Part shown: piece by piece, positions 1-12,407 of the stretch
How the letters are laid out: every line of letters begins with the position of its first letter
Position numbering within the stretch: the stretch's first letter is position 1
Position numbers and translations under genes: made by a program
NCBI GenBank assembly: GCA_035221665.1
Contig: CM069160.1
Coordinates: 1,550,001-1,614,000 of the forward strand
DNA: 64,000 nucleotides
Direction of reading: 5' to 3'
Origin: Okamejei kenojei
Taxonomy: Eukaryota
Notes under the pieces: generated by a model
Seen by the model: the letters and a program-made list of their open reading frames with translations, nothing else
Database searches by the model: none
What the model was told of the DNA's origin: nothing

Positions 1-430
1 GGTTGGACAGACGGGGGGGGTGGGGGGTTGGACAGACGGGGTGGGTGGGGGGTTGGACAGACGGGTGGGGGGGTTGGACAGATGGGGTGGGGGGGTTGGA
101 GAGGTGGGGAGTTGGACAGGACGGGGGTGGGGCCGGAGGGCGGAGAGGCGGTGGGTGGGGGGGGTGGTGTCGGAGAGGTGCGGTAGTGGGGGCGGGTGGA
201 TAGTTGGGGATGTGGAGGGGTTGGACAGATGGGGTGGGTGGGTGGAGAGGTGGGGTGGTGGTTGGACAGACGGGGTGGGGGGGGAGGGGGGGTTGGACAG
301 ATGGGGTGGGGGATTGGAGAGGCGAAAAAAAACAAGGGTTGGACAGACGGGGTGGGGGGTTGGAGAGACGGGGAGGGGGGGGTTGGACAGACGGGGGTAG
401 GGGGGGGTCGGAGAGACGGGGCGGGTGTGG
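1..430. repeat. G-rich minisatellite (ggttggacagacggggtgggg)
   Basis: Directly visible tandem units of about 20 bp. Confidence 0.85.
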
Positions 431-592
431 GTCGGATATAACGGAGGGTGGAGAGGCGGGGGCCGGGGGGTGCGGGGTCGAGGAGAGGGGGGGTCGTGGA
501 GGTTGTAGATTGGGGTTGTGGCGAGGGGAGCTCTCCACAGCTCCTTGGGGTCGGGGGGGGGGGGGCAGTCCCTGTCTCCCGCCCACTACTAC

Positions 593-701
593 CTTGTCTC
601 TTCTTCCAGTAGAGGACTCCCCCACGGCCAAACGGGCCACGGCCACCACCAGGACAACGAGCACAGCACACGAGCGGGCACCTGATGCTGGACTTGCGGG
701 A
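593..701 (-). CDS. UAA: MHC class I exon 5 (connecting peptide/transmembrane), frameshifted as assembled
   Basis: Acceptor CTGACAG, hydrophobic AVLVVLVVAVA..LAVGGVLYW followed by basic stop-transfer KKRQ and a G|GT donor. Confidence 0.8.
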
Positions 702-1035
702 CTGTCAGAGATTCACAGACAGAGGGCGGGTGAGGGACAGAGAGCGGGTTCATGGCTGCCCCTCCCCCAACCCCCTCTTACCTAACCCTCCCGTCTCACT
801 CACCCCTCCCCTTCTCACTTCCTCCACTCTCCCTCCGCTGCCGCACCCCTCACCCTACCTCTCCCCTCGCCTATCCCCCCCCTCACCTGTCCCTCCTCTC
901 TTCACTCCCCTCGCCTAATCCCTCCCTTTACCCCTGGTTTCGCCCTCCCTCTCCACTCTAACCTACAGCAACTCTCATCGACCCTTCCCTCACCCATTAC
1001 CATCTCCTACCCTTTTCCACTTCACTCCCAGCCCC

Positions 1036-1639
1036 TGTGTACAGTTTTGGTCTCCTAATTTGAGGAAGGACATCCTTGTGATTGAGGCAGGTGCAGCGTA
1101 CGGTTCACGAGATTGATCCCTGGGATGGCTGGGGACTGTCAATATTTTGAGGAAAGATTGAAAGCTAGGTTTATAAATGTCGTATTTCACTGGAGTTTAG
1201 CAAGGTATGAGGGGAGATCTTATAGAACACATATAAAATTTTTATAGAAGGGACTTGGACAAGCTAGATGCAGGAAAAAATGTTTCTAATGTTTGGGGCG
1301 TCGAGTCCAGCCAGAACAGGGGCCACAGTCTTAGAATAGAGGGGAGGTCATTTAAGAAGTGAGGTTGAGAGGAAAAAACCTTTTTACCATGAGGAGTTGT
1401 GAATTCAGTATTCCTTGGAATTCCCTGTCCCACAGAGCGGGAGTGTGAGGCGACCAAGTCATGGATGGATTTAAGAGAGAGTTGGATAGAGCTCTAGGGG
1501 TTAGTGGAGTCAAGGGATATGGGGAGAAGGCAGGCACGGGTTATTGATAGCGGACGATCAGCCATGATCACAATGAATGGTGGTGCTGGATCAAAGGGAT
1601 GAATGGCCTCCTCCTGCACCCGTTTTCTATGTTTCTATG
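1036..1639 (+). mobile_element. CR1-type LINE 3' fragment
   Basis: [12 protein letters not shown]...GHSLRI...FKRELD motifs and a (tctatgtt)n tail; many indels. Confidence 0.9.
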
Positions 1640-1745
1640 CCCTCGCCCCTCTCACTTCTTCCCCCTCCCCGTTCCTCTCGCCTTCCCTCCAACCGCCCGC
1701 ACCCCTCTCCCACTACTCTCCCCTCCCACCCCCCACCCCACTCAC

Positions 1746-2025
1746 CCAGGAAGACCTCGAGGGTCTGGGACAGCCCCGGGTGCTCCACACGGCAGGGAGA
1801 ACGGGGTCGTGTCCCCCTCCCGTGGCTCCACGTCAGCCCCAAGCGGTGCTGATGGAAGGTGCGTCGTGGTTGGGCAGCGTCCCCGTGGGATGAAGCGGCT
1901 CTTCATCCAGGACAGGCCGTCCCGCACCAGGTTCACCTCGATGGAGCGCGGGTAGAGCCCGTGGTGAAACACGACACTGCGGCCGCCATTTGGCTGACAG
2001 GAAGTATGCTCCACCTCGGGCTGAA
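1746..2025 (-). CDS. UAA: MHC class I exon 4 (alpha3 Ig-C1 domain), frameshifted as assembled
   Basis: Motifs spread over three frames: VQPEV, SCFTTG, YPRSIEVNLVRDG, VLDEE, GTLPNHD, CRVEHPGLSQTLEVF. Acceptor CCCCACAG, donor GTGAGT. Confidence 0.9.
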
Positions 2026-2039
2026 CTGTGGGGAGAGAG

Positions 2040-3000
2040 GACAGTGAGGGGGAGACGGCGGGGGGGGAGACGGCAAAAGGGGGGGGAGACGGCGAGGGGG
2101 AGAGACGGCGAGTGGTGTGTGACGGCGGAGGGGGGGGACGGGCGAGGGGGAAGAGAGACGGCGATGGGGGGGAGACCGGCGAGGGGGGAGCAGGCGGGGG
2201 GGAGACGGCGAGGGAGATGGTGAGGGGGACGAGGGGGGAGACGGCGAGGGGGAGAGGACGGCGAGGGGGAGGATGGGGATGGTGTCTGAGGGGGGGGACG
2301 GGAGGGGGTTGGAGACCGTCGGCGAGGGGGAGAGACGGCGAGGGGGAGATGGTGATGGGGACGAGGGGGGGAGACGGCGGAGGGGGGGAGACGGGGAGAT
2401 GGTGAGGGGCGAGGGGGGGAGACGGCGAGGGGGGGAGACGGCGTGGGGGAGAGACGGCGAGGGGGAGATGGTGAGGGGCGAGGGGTGGGAGGATGGTAGA
2501 CGGCGATTGGGGGGGAGACCGGCCGATGGTGAAGGGTAGGGTGAGACGGACGAGGGCGAGAACGGGGGAGATGGTGAGGTGGACGAGGGGGGGACGGCTG
2601 TGGGGGGAGCGGCGAGGGGGGGAGAGACGGCGAGGAGGAGATGGTGAGGGGACGAGGGGGGGAGGACGTGCGAGGGGGGGAGACGGCGAGGGGGAGAGGG
2701 AGAGACGTGGTCGGGGAGTGAGGGGAGGGGACGAGGGGGGGAGACGGCGATGGGTGGGGGACGGAGAGGGGGAGATGGTGGGGGGACGAGGGGGAGAGAC
2801 GGAGAGAGGGACGGAGAGTGTGTGAGGTGGAGGGGAGATGACGGAGAGTGTGGCTAGATGGTGAAGGGGCGAGGGGGGGTGACGAGCCGACTGGGGAGGG
2901 AGACGGCGAGGGGGGACGGGGGAGAGAGAGGGAGAGGGGGAGGATGGTGAGGGACGGAGGGGGTGTGGAGACGGCGATGGGGGGAGAGGAGATGGCGAGT
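2040..3000. repeat. Purine-rich minisatellite (gggggagacggcga) in class I intron 3
   Basis: Directly visible; begins next to the alpha3 acceptor. Confidence 0.88.
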
Positions 3001-3104
3001 GGGCTGTGAGTTGATGAATGGGGACGGTGAGGAGGGGGAGACAGTGTGGGGGAACACAGAGGTGGGGGGTAGATGGGAGCATGAGAGCGCAGGGGAGATG
3101 AAAA

Positions 3105-3617
3105 TAGAAGGCAATAGACAATAGGTACACGGTGGAGGCCATTCGGCCCTTCGAGCCAAGCATCCGCCATTCAATGTGATCATGGCTGATCATCCACCCT
3201 GAATCAGTTCCCGTTCCTGCTTTCTCCCATATCCCTGACTCCGCTATTTTTAAGAGCCCTATCTAGCTTCTCTCTTGAATGCATCCAGAGAACCTGCCTC
3301 CACCCCGCCTTCTGAGGGCAGAGAATTTACACAGACTCACCACTCTCTGTGAGAAAAAGGTATTTCCTCGTCTCCGTTCTGAATGGCCTACCTCCTTATT
3401 CTTAATACTGTGGCCCCTGGTTCTGGACTCCCCCAACATCGGGAACATGTTTCCTGCCTCTAGCGTGTCCAAGCCCCTTAACAATCTTATATGTTTAATG
3501 AGATATCCTCTCATCCTCCTAAACTCAGAGTGTACAAGCCCAGCTGCCTCCATTCTATCAGCATATGACAGTCCCGCCATCCCGGGAATTAACCTTGTAA
3601 ACCTACGCTGCACTCCC
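3105..3617 (-). mobile_element. CR1-type LINE 3' fragment
   Basis: ORF 3263-3613 [11 protein letters not shown]...MFPMLGESRTRGHS; (tctattg)n tail. Confidence 0.92.
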
Positions 3618-3848
3618 TCAAGAGGGGGTCACAGAGGAAGGGGCACAAAGGTGGGGTGGAGCACAGTGAGCACAGTGGGGGGGGGGGGGGGGGAGCAGAA
3701 ACGGGGAGACGGGGGGAGGGCGGGGTCAAGAGGGCAGTTGTCAGAGGAGTGTGACGAGGGCGGACACAGAGGGTGGGTAGGGGCGGGGCTACCGATATGA
3801 GGGTGGATGCAACAGCACTGACCCCTGACCCCCCACTGACCAACTCAC

Positions 3849-4121
3849 CGGGGCTGAGTTGACTCTGTCCGGCCTGGACATATTTCTGCAGCCACTCGAT
3901 GCACGTCTCCTCCAGGTATGCTTTGTCCTGTTGTAGCCCCCCCTTGTTCCGTTCCCACTTGTATTTGGTCAACAACCCCCAGGGGACGGGCGTCACCCAC
4001 ACCATGTGATCCTTGTCGTAGCTGATGAAGTCCTCTCCGTCCCAGCCGAACTGGTAAAACCCGGCGGTGGAGCCGTCCGCGCGAAGCTCACAGCCGCACA
4101 TCATCTGGGCTGTGTGGATCC
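3849..4121 (-). CDS. UAA: MHC class I exon 3 (alpha2 domain)
   Basis: 273 nt, open: GIHTAQMMCGCELRADG...WDGEDFISYDKDHMVWVTPVPWGLLTKYKW...AYLEETCIEWLQKY. Has C101/C164, F123, T143, K146, W147, Y159, Y171. Acceptor TTGCAG, donor GTGAGT. Confidence 0.97.
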
Positions 4122-4127
4122 CTGCAA

Positions 4128-4185
4128 CACACGGCCAGCAGTGGTGGGGCTTTCCGTATCACACCCCCCATACCACACCCACACA

Positions 4186-4216
<31 letters not shown>

Positions 4217-4528
4217 GGCCGGCAGGAGTGGTGGGGACTTTCCGTATCACCACCCCCCCCCCCCCCCCCCCCCCCCACACACACACGCACACACAACACG
4301 GCAGGCAGTGGTGGGGCTTTCCGTATCACACCCCCCCATACACACCCACACACACACACACACACACACACGGCCAGCAGTGGTGGGGCTTTTCCGTATC
4401 ACACCGCCCACACCCGCCACACCCACACCACACACACTCACCCACACCCACACCCACACCACACCCACACCCAACACACACACTACGGCCGGCAGTGGTG
4501 GGGCTTTTCCGTATCACACACCCCCCCC

Positions 4529-4563
<35 letters not shown>

Positions 4564-4604
4564 CAGGCAGTGGTGGGGCTTTCCGTATCCACACCACCCC
4601 CCCC

Positions 4605-4635
<31 letters not shown>

Positions 4636-4815
4636 GCCACACACACATGCATGGTCACTACCCCTCCCCCCAACACCACACACACACACACACACACACG
4701 CATGGGTCTCTCTGCCCCCTCCCCTCCTCACACACACACACACACACACGCGTAGTCTCTCTGCCCCCTCCCCCTCTCTCACACACACACACACACAAAA
4801 CACACACACACACGG
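4128..4815. repeat. Compound repeat in class I intron 2: six 35-bp units separated by (CA)n/poly-C
   Basis: cggccagcagtggtggggctttccgtatcacacc at about 4131, 4216, 4298, 4371, 4486 and 4561. Confidence 0.9.
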
Positions 4816-4895
4816 TTTCTACCCCCTTTCCCAAACCCCAGCAACACAAATTCGACCCCAAACCACAGTACGTACCCCCCGCCCAACGCACTCAC

Positions 4896-5156
4896 CCACG
4901 GTCCGGTTGGTCCTCGCCTGCAGGATCCGGACATTGGCCTTGATTACCGGCTCCCATCCCCGCCGTTTCTGTGTCTCCCGCTCCCAGTACTCGGGGCCCT
5001 GACTCTCCGCCATCCACTGCTGCCGTGGCACCTTGATCCGGGTCACGCTGTCGTAGTAATCAATCTGCTCCTCGTCCACGTATCCCACCGCCGTGAACTC
5101 AGGGACCCCCCAGCCCGGGGTCACCCCCGTGTAGAGGTAACGGAGCGTGTGGGACC
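4896..5156 (-). CDS. UAA: MHC class I exon 2 (alpha1 domain)
   Basis: 261 nt, open: GSHTLRYLYTGVTPGWGVPEFTAVGYVDEEQIDYYDS...EYWERETQ...ARTNRTV. Has Y7, Y59, R84 and the N86 glycosylation sequon NRT. Acceptor CCAG, donor GTGAGT. Confidence 0.97.
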
Positions 5157-5212
5157 CTGGAACCGGGCAGGGAGTCAAACAGTGCGGGACAGACCCAACC
5201 CCACACAACCCA

Positions 5213-5979
5213 ATCATTACTATCTAAATGGCATTAAGTTGGGGAAAGGGGAAGTACAACGGGATCTGGGGCTCCTTGTACATCAGTCTGTGAAAGTAAG
5301 CATGCAGGTACAGCAGGAAGTGAAGAAAGCGAATGGCGTGTTGGCCTTTATAACAAGAGGAATCGAATATAGGAGCAAAGAGGTCCTTCTGCAGTTGTAC
5401 AGAGCCCTAGTGAGATTACACCTGGAGTATTGTGTGCAGTTTTGGTCCCCTAATTTTGAGGAAGGACATTCTTGTATTGTGAGGGTAGGTAGGTTTTACA
5501 AGGTTAATTCCCGGTGATGGCGGGACTGTCATGTTATGCTGAAGGGAGAATGGACCAGCTGGGCTTGTACACTCTGGAGTTTATGAAAGGATGAGAGGAT
5601 ATCTCATTGAAACTATATAAGTTTGTTAAGGGCTTGGACACGCTAGAGGCAGGAAACATCTTCCCGATGTTGGGGGAGTCCAGAACCAGGGGCCACAGTT
5701 TAAGAATAAGGATGAAGCCATTTCGAACGGAGACGAGGAAACACTTTTTCTCACAGAGAGTGGTGAGTCTGTGGAATTCTCTGCCTCAGAGGGCGGTGGA
5801 GACGGGTTCTCTGGATGTTTTCAAAAGAGAGCTAGTTAGGGCTCTTAAAAATAGCAGTCAGGGGATATGGGGAGAAGGCAGGAATGGGGTACTGATTGGG
5901 GATGATCAGCCATGTTCACATTGAATGGCGGTGCTGGCTCAAAGGACCGAATGGTCTCCTTCTGCACCATTGTCTATTG
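5213..5979 (+). mobile_element. CR1-type LINE 3' fragment
   Basis: YYLNGIKLGKGEVQRDLG...[10 protein letters not shown]...RVVSLWNSLP. Confidence 0.92.
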
Positions 5980-6659
5980 GTGTCTATACCCACACCACAC
6001 CCCACCCCACGCCACACACCCCGCTCCAATAAACACACACCCACACACTTTCCCCCCAGACACGAGACTCCATAACCAAACCCTCAAGACATCCCGCCCG
6101 ACCTCCAACCCCACCCGATGGGAGACACATACCCGCACCACTTCCTAACCCTCCCAGTCTCGCCCCCGCCCACCCCCCGGGGAGACATGTAACCTCACCC
6201 ACACCACCCCCTCCTCCCGAGGCACCCTGCCTCAGACCCTCTCCCCCCCCCCCCCCCCCACCATCACAAATTCAACCCCAATCCCCAGAAACAGTAGGGT
6301 GGGGAGGGGCAGAGACCGACAGCGGAGGGTGTGGGGGGAGAGACGGGGACTATCGTTGATGAGGGGCGTGGTAGACACGGATCATCAATGGAGGGATGGG
6401 AGGGGGATAAGAGAGGCAGTAGAGGGGAGGACTCCAGTAGGGGAAAAGGCTATGAAACATCAATGGCAAGTCAGATTAAAGAAAATGCCAAGGATAAAGG
6501 AGGGCGATGGACATGGATATCTCACCAGGGCCTGATGGCATCTAACCAGGGGGTTTGGCTTTGACAAAAAAGAAGACTGTAACCGCCTTGATGAAGAACT
6601 TTGAATCTTCCCCATCTGCAGACAAGGTCCTTTGTTTGAGAAATTAAGTAGAGAGGGTT

Positions 6660-6965
6660 GTGGCACTGTGGCGCAGCTCTAGAGCTACTGATGACAGCGC
6701 AAGAGACACGGGTTCAATCCCAACTACGGGTGTTGTCGGTACGGAGTTTGCGCATTCTCCTCGTGACCTGCATGGGTGATCTCTGAGATCTCCGGCTTCC
6801 TCCAAAGGTGTACGGGTTTATAGATTAATTGGCCTGGTGCAAAAATGTATCATTGTCTCTAGCGTGTGTAGGATAGTGGTAATGTGCGGGGAAGGTTGGG
6901 CGGTGCGAACTCGGTGGGCCAAAGGGCCTGTTTACTCGCCGTATCTCCAAACTAATCTAAAAAAG
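6660..6965 (+). mobile_element. tRNA-derived V-SINE (HE1-like)
   Basis: A-box-like tggcgcagc, B-box ggttcaatcc, V-domain-like gtacggagtttgcgcattctcctcgtgacctgcatggg, (taaac)n-like tail. Confidence 0.8.
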
Positions 6966-6994
6966 CTAAACTAGAGATAATCTAGGGAATTAGA

Positions 6995-8090
6995 GGGTCC
7001 GTGGGGTCCAAATCCAATCTCCCTGAAAGTGGTAACACAAGTACACAGAGTGGTAACGGCGGCACATGGTATGCTTGCGTTCATCGGTCAGGGCATTGAG
7101 TACAAGAGTCAGGAAGACGTGTGGCAGATTCATACCACATGATTAGGCTGCATTTGGAGTATTGCGTACAGATTTGGACATCCCATTAAAGGATCGACGG
7201 GGAGGCTTTGAAGGATGTGGTGGCTTTGAAGAGCTCCCTCAATAGCAATTCTTGCTATTGAGGGAGTGCAGCGTAGGTTTACAGGGTTAATTCCCGGGAT
7301 GGCGGGACTGTCATGAGAGAATGGAGCGGCTGGGCTTGTACACTCTGGAGTTTAGAAGGATGAGAGGGGATCTCATTGAAACATATAAGATTGTTAAGGG
7401 CTAGGACACGCTAGAGGCAGGAAACATGTTCCCGATGTTGGGGGAGTCCAGAACCAGGGGCCACAGTTTAAGAATAAGGAGTAAGTCATTTAGAACGGAG
7501 ACAAGGAAACACTTTTTCTCACAGAGAGTGGTGAGTCTGTGGAATTTTCTGCCTCAGAGGGTGGTGGAGGCAGGTTCTCTGGATGCTTTCAAGAGAGAGC
7601 TAGATAGGGCTCTTAAAAATAGCGGAGTCAGTGGATATAGGGAGAAGGTAGGAACGGGGTACTGATTGGGGATGATCAGCCATGATCACATTGAATGGCG
7701 GTGCTGGCTCGAAGGGCCGAATGGCCTACTCCTGCATCTATTGCCTACTGAAGAGGGTGCAGAAACTGTTTACTCTAATGCTGCCTGGATTAGAGGGTAT
7801 TAACTATAAGGAGCGTTTGGACAAACTAGGATTGGTGGGGTTGAGGGGAGACCTGATAGAAGTATATACATTTTGAGAGGCGAATAAAGGGTAGACCTTT
7901 CTCCAGAGTCTAAATGTCAAAGGCGAGACATACATTTAAGGTGAGAGGGGCAAAAATGTAAAGGAGATGTGCTGGCCATTATTTCCACAGAGATGGTGCA
8001 GGCCAATAATGCAGTGTGTATAAAAGGCTTGCGGATGGGCACATGGATATGTAGCAAATGGAGGGATATGGATCACGTGCAGACATGCAT
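6995..8090 (+). mobile_element. Nested CR1-type LINE fragments (younger copy about 7245-7745 inside an older one)
   Basis: Two divergent sets of CR1 RT C-terminal motifs, one interrupting the other. Confidence 0.8.
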
Positions 8091-8399
8091 TATTAGTCTA
8101 ACTTGATATCAGGCTTAGCACAGACACTGTGGACCAAAGGGCCTTTTTCTGTGCCGGACTGTTGTACGTCGCATGGTACACCACTTGTTACAGACCTTCA
8201 GTGTGAAATACCTCAGGCCACCACCACCCTCTATTGCCTACCGACAAGCCAACAATGTACCCATGAGGGGAATATCCAGGCTAGGAGAATCACGAACCAG
8301 AGAGCATAGCTTTAAGATGAGAGGCAGCAAGATTTAATAGCAACTTGAGGGGCAACGTTTTCATTCAATGGGTGATGGGTGTTTTGAACGAGCTGCCAG

Positions 8400-9222
8400 T
8401 GGCCTGATAAAACCTGTCCTCACCCTCTACAACTGTGACTTCTCTCACTTTCTTCAAGTTAAAGGTGTAGCCGGGCACTCGCATGGACCCCATTAATTTA
8501 ATTAACTACCACGAATCCACCCTACACTCAAATTCACCTCAAATTTAATTAACTTTACCACGAACTCACCCTACACACAAATTCACCTGGACTATCTCTG
8601 ATGCTGCTCACCCCTTTATTGTTCTCTCTGTCTCTAACACGGGGGACAGATTATCGACTAACGTCTATTACAGATATTTTAATGCCACTGTTATCTGGAT
8701 ACACCTCCTCCCACTCTGGCTTTTGCAAAGATGCTAATCCTCTGCCTAATTCAATATCTCTGCCTCATCTGCTCCCAAGGTGAGACTTTCCATTCTCGGA
8801 CATTCGAAATGTCCCCTTTCTTTAGTAAACGTGTTTCCCCCGGTTGCCTCAGGTGGATCCCTCACCCATGTCTCCTCTGTGTCCGGTAGATATGTTTTCC
8901 ACCTTCCAGAGACTGCTCCCTCTGCAACTTACCCCTTCCCCAGATACCTTCCCCTGCAACTGTAGGAGATGTAACACCTGTCCCTGTACCTCCGTTCTCA
9001 CCTCCAGCCAGGGACCTCAGCTGTCCTTCTGGGTGAGACAGTGTTTCATATGCACATCCACCAACCTCATCTGCTGCAAACACTGTTCCCGATGTGGTCT
9101 CCTGTACATCAGCGAGACCAAGCGTAGACTCGCCGATTGTTTCGCCAAACACTTGGGCTCGGTCTGTCGAAGCCTATGGGATCTCCCGGTTGCGAAACAC
9201 TAAACTCCTATTCCCACACTGA
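8400..9222 (+). mobile_element. Penelope-like retroelement remnant (RT end plus GIY-YIG endonuclease)
   Basis: ORF 8844-9203 FPCNCRRCNTC...FICTSTNLICC..CSRCGLLYISETKRRLAD.FA.HL. Confidence 0.8.
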
Positions 9223-9223
9223 T

Positions 9224-9973
9224 CAAAATGGCGTCAAGTTGGGAAAAGGGGAAGTACAACAGGATCTGGGGGTCATTATACATCAGTCTATGAAAGTAAG
9301 CATGCAGGTACAGCAGGCAGTGAAGAAAGCGAATGGCATGTTGGCCTTTATGAAAAGAGGAATCAAATATAGGAGCAAAGAGGTTCCTTCTGCAGTTGTA
9401 CAGAGCCCTAGTGAGACCACACCTGGAGTATTGTGTGCAGTTTTGGTCCCCTAATTTGAGGAAGGACATTCTACCTATTGAGGGAGTGCAGCGCAGGTTT
9501 ACAAGGTTAATTCCCGGGATGGCGGGACTGTCATATGTTGAGAAAATGGAGCAGCTGGGCTTGTACACTCTGGAGTTTAGATTCATGAGAAGGGATCTCA
9601 TTGAAACATATAAGTTTGTTAAGGGTTAGGACACGCTAGAGGCAGGAAACATGTTCCCGATGTTGGGGGAGTCCAGAACCAGGGGCCACAGTTTAAGAAT
9701 AATGAGTAAGCCATTTAGAACAGAGACGAGGAAACACTTTTTCTCACAGAGAGTGGTGTCTGTGGAATTCTCTGCCTCAGAGGGCGATGAAGGCAGGTTC
9801 TCTGGATGCTTTCAAGAGAGAGCTAGATGGGGCTCTTAAAAATAGCAGAGTCAGGGAATATGGGGAGAAGGCAGTAAAGTGGTACTGATTGGGGATGATC
9901 AGCCATGATCACATTGAATAGTGGTGCTGGGCTCGAAGGGCCAAATGGCCTCCTCCTGCACCTATTGCCTATT
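9224..9973 (+). mobile_element. CR1-type LINE 3' fragment
   Basis: [23 protein letters not shown]...MFPMLGESRTRGHSLRI. Confidence 0.92.
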
Positions 9974-10744
9974 GATATGATCGCCTCTCAATCTCAAGGA
10001 TGTCCTTCCTCAAATTAGGAGACCAAAACTGTACACAATACTCCAGATGTGGTCTCACCAGAACTCTATACAACAGCAGAAGAACCTCTTTACTCCTATA
10101 CTGAAATCCTCTTGTTCTGAAACAGAAGGCTGTGGAGCCCAAGCTAATGGATATTTTATAAGATGGGGATTGAAAGGTTCTTGTTAGTACGGGTGTCAAG
10201 GATTATGGGGAGAAGGCAGGAGAATGCGGTTGAGAGGGAAGATAGATCAACATGATTGAATGGCAGAGACTTTTTGGGCTGAATGGCATAATTCTACTTG
10301 TACATCTCATGAACGTATAAGTCCTACCCTGGTTTATTTACAACATCTTCCACTCAAGAGTTGCATCCATTTGCCATCTTTGGCTCATTTCACCAGGTCA
10401 CCAGACCGTGTTGTAATCACAGATGAATCTCTCGGCGTCCACTACACCACCAATGTGGGCTTCATCTGAAAACCTACTAACCATGTCAACAACAAACTGT
10501 GAATAGAAATGACAAACCACAATGGGCCCAGCTCTGACCCTGCAGCGCACGGGCTTCTAATCTGACGAACGACACTGCCGAACCCTCCTGAGTCCCACCA
10601 CAAAGCCAACTTTGGATTCATTGCCTTGCTGACCCTGGGCTCATGGGATCTAACCTTCCGGACCAGTCCACAAAGGTGGGACCTTGTCAAAGGCTAAAAG
10701 CCATGTCAACAACATCCTCCACCTTACCCACATAAATCATATGG

Positions 10745-12322
10745 AATCATTTGGAAGAGGGAATTAGGAGCAACACTAGCAAGTTTGCAGATGACACAAA
10801 GCTGGGCGGCAGTGTGAACTGTGAAGAGGATGTTAGGAGGTTGCAGGGGGTCCTGGACAGGTTGAGTGAGTGGGCAGATGCGTGGCAGATGCAGTATAAT
10901 ATAGATAAATGTGAGGTTATCCACTTTGGCGACAAAAACAAGGGGGCAGATTATTATCTCAATGGGGTTAGGTTAGGTAAGGGGGAGGTACAGCGAGACC
11001 TGGGTGTCCTTGTACACCAGTCACTGAAAGTTGGCGTGCAGGTACAGCAGGCAGTGAAGAAAGCTAATGGAATGCTGGCCTTCATAACAAGAGGATTTCA
11101 GTATAGGGAGTTAAGGAGGGTTCTTCTGCAGTTGTATAGGGCTCTGGTGAGTGAGACGCTCACATTCTGGAGTATTTGTGTACAGTTTTGGTCTCCTAAT
11201 TTGAGGAAGGACATCCTTGTGATTGAGGCAGTGCAGCATAGGTTCACGAGGTTGATCCCTGGGATGGCGGGACTGTCTTATGACGAAAGATTGAAAAGAC
11301 TAGGCTTGTATTCACTGGAGTTTAAAATGGATGAGGGGGCTCTTATAGAAGCATATAAAATTATAGAAGGACTGGACAAGCTAGATGCAGGAAAAATGTT
11401 CCCAATGTTGGGCGAGTCCAGAACCAGGGGCCAGTCTTAGAATAAAGGGGAGGTCATTTAAGACTGAGCTGAGAAAAAACTTTTTCACCCAGAGAGTTGA
11501 GAGTTTGTGGAATTCCCTGCCACCGAGGGCAGTGGAGGCCAAGTCACTGGATGGATTTAAGAGAGAGTTGGATAGAGCTCTAGGGGCTAGTGGAGTCAAG
11601 GGATATGGGGAGAAGGCAGGCACGGGTTATTGATAGCGGACGATCAGCCATGATCACAATGAATGGCGGTGCTGGCTCGAAGGGCCAAAATGGCGCTCCT
11701 CCTGCACTCTATTTTCTTTGTTTCGTATGACTGGGACAAGCGAGATGCAGAAGAAAACATGTTCCCAATGTTGGGCGAGTCCAGAACCAGGGGCCACAGT
11801 CTTAGAATAAAGGGGAGGTCATTGAAGACTGAGGTGAATAAAAGCTTTTTCACCCAGAGAGTTGTGAATTTGTGGAATTCCCTGCCACAGAGGGCAGTGG
11901 AGGCCAAATCACTGGATGGATTTAAGAGAGGGTTGGATAGAGCTCTAGGGGCTAGTGGAGTCAAGGGTTATGGGGAGAAGGCAGGCATGGGTTATTGATA
12001 GGGGACGATCAGCCATGATGGCATTGAATGGCGGTGCTGGCTCGAAGGGCCAATTTGTGGTCCCAGGCACAAAGACAGATGTGTACAGCAATTCGTTCTT
12101 CCCACCCTCTATTAAAACATGGAATAATCTCCACCAAACCACGGTTGCCCAGCCAGATGCAACTAAATTTAAAGTGGCACTTTCTTCCCAATAACCCTCT
12201 CTTGCTAAGCCCCTCCCTTCACCACCTCCAGTTTAAATTCCAGTTGGAATATTTTGGAGGACCAAGTAACCAAGAAGAACCAAGAATGGCCTCCTCCTGC
12301 ACTTATTTTCTATGTTTTCTAT
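10745..12322 (+). mobile_element. Two tandem CR1-type LINE 3' fragments; second tail interrupted by a different LINE end (about 12051-12284)
   Basis: ORF 10751-11440 contains the RT motif SKFADDTKLGG. The insert encodes VYSNSFFPPSIKTWNNL. Confidence 0.9.
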
Positions 12323-12407
12323 GAACTGCTCACCCACTGACACTGACCCTGTGTCCAGCCCAACACACGCACACACACACACACCTCACCCACTGACCCT
12401 CACCCAC

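Noticed and set aside
1742-3193. 483-aa and 445-aa Pro/Ser-rich ORFs
   Set aside because: Minisatellite read-through; only the last 280 nt is the real alpha3 exon.
6660-6730. tRNA gene
   Set aside because: The A/B boxes belong to a SINE head; no full cloverleaf, and the SINE body follows.
10751-11440. Active reverse transcriptase gene
   Set aside because: A 5'-truncated CR1 copy encoding only the C-terminal part of ORF2.
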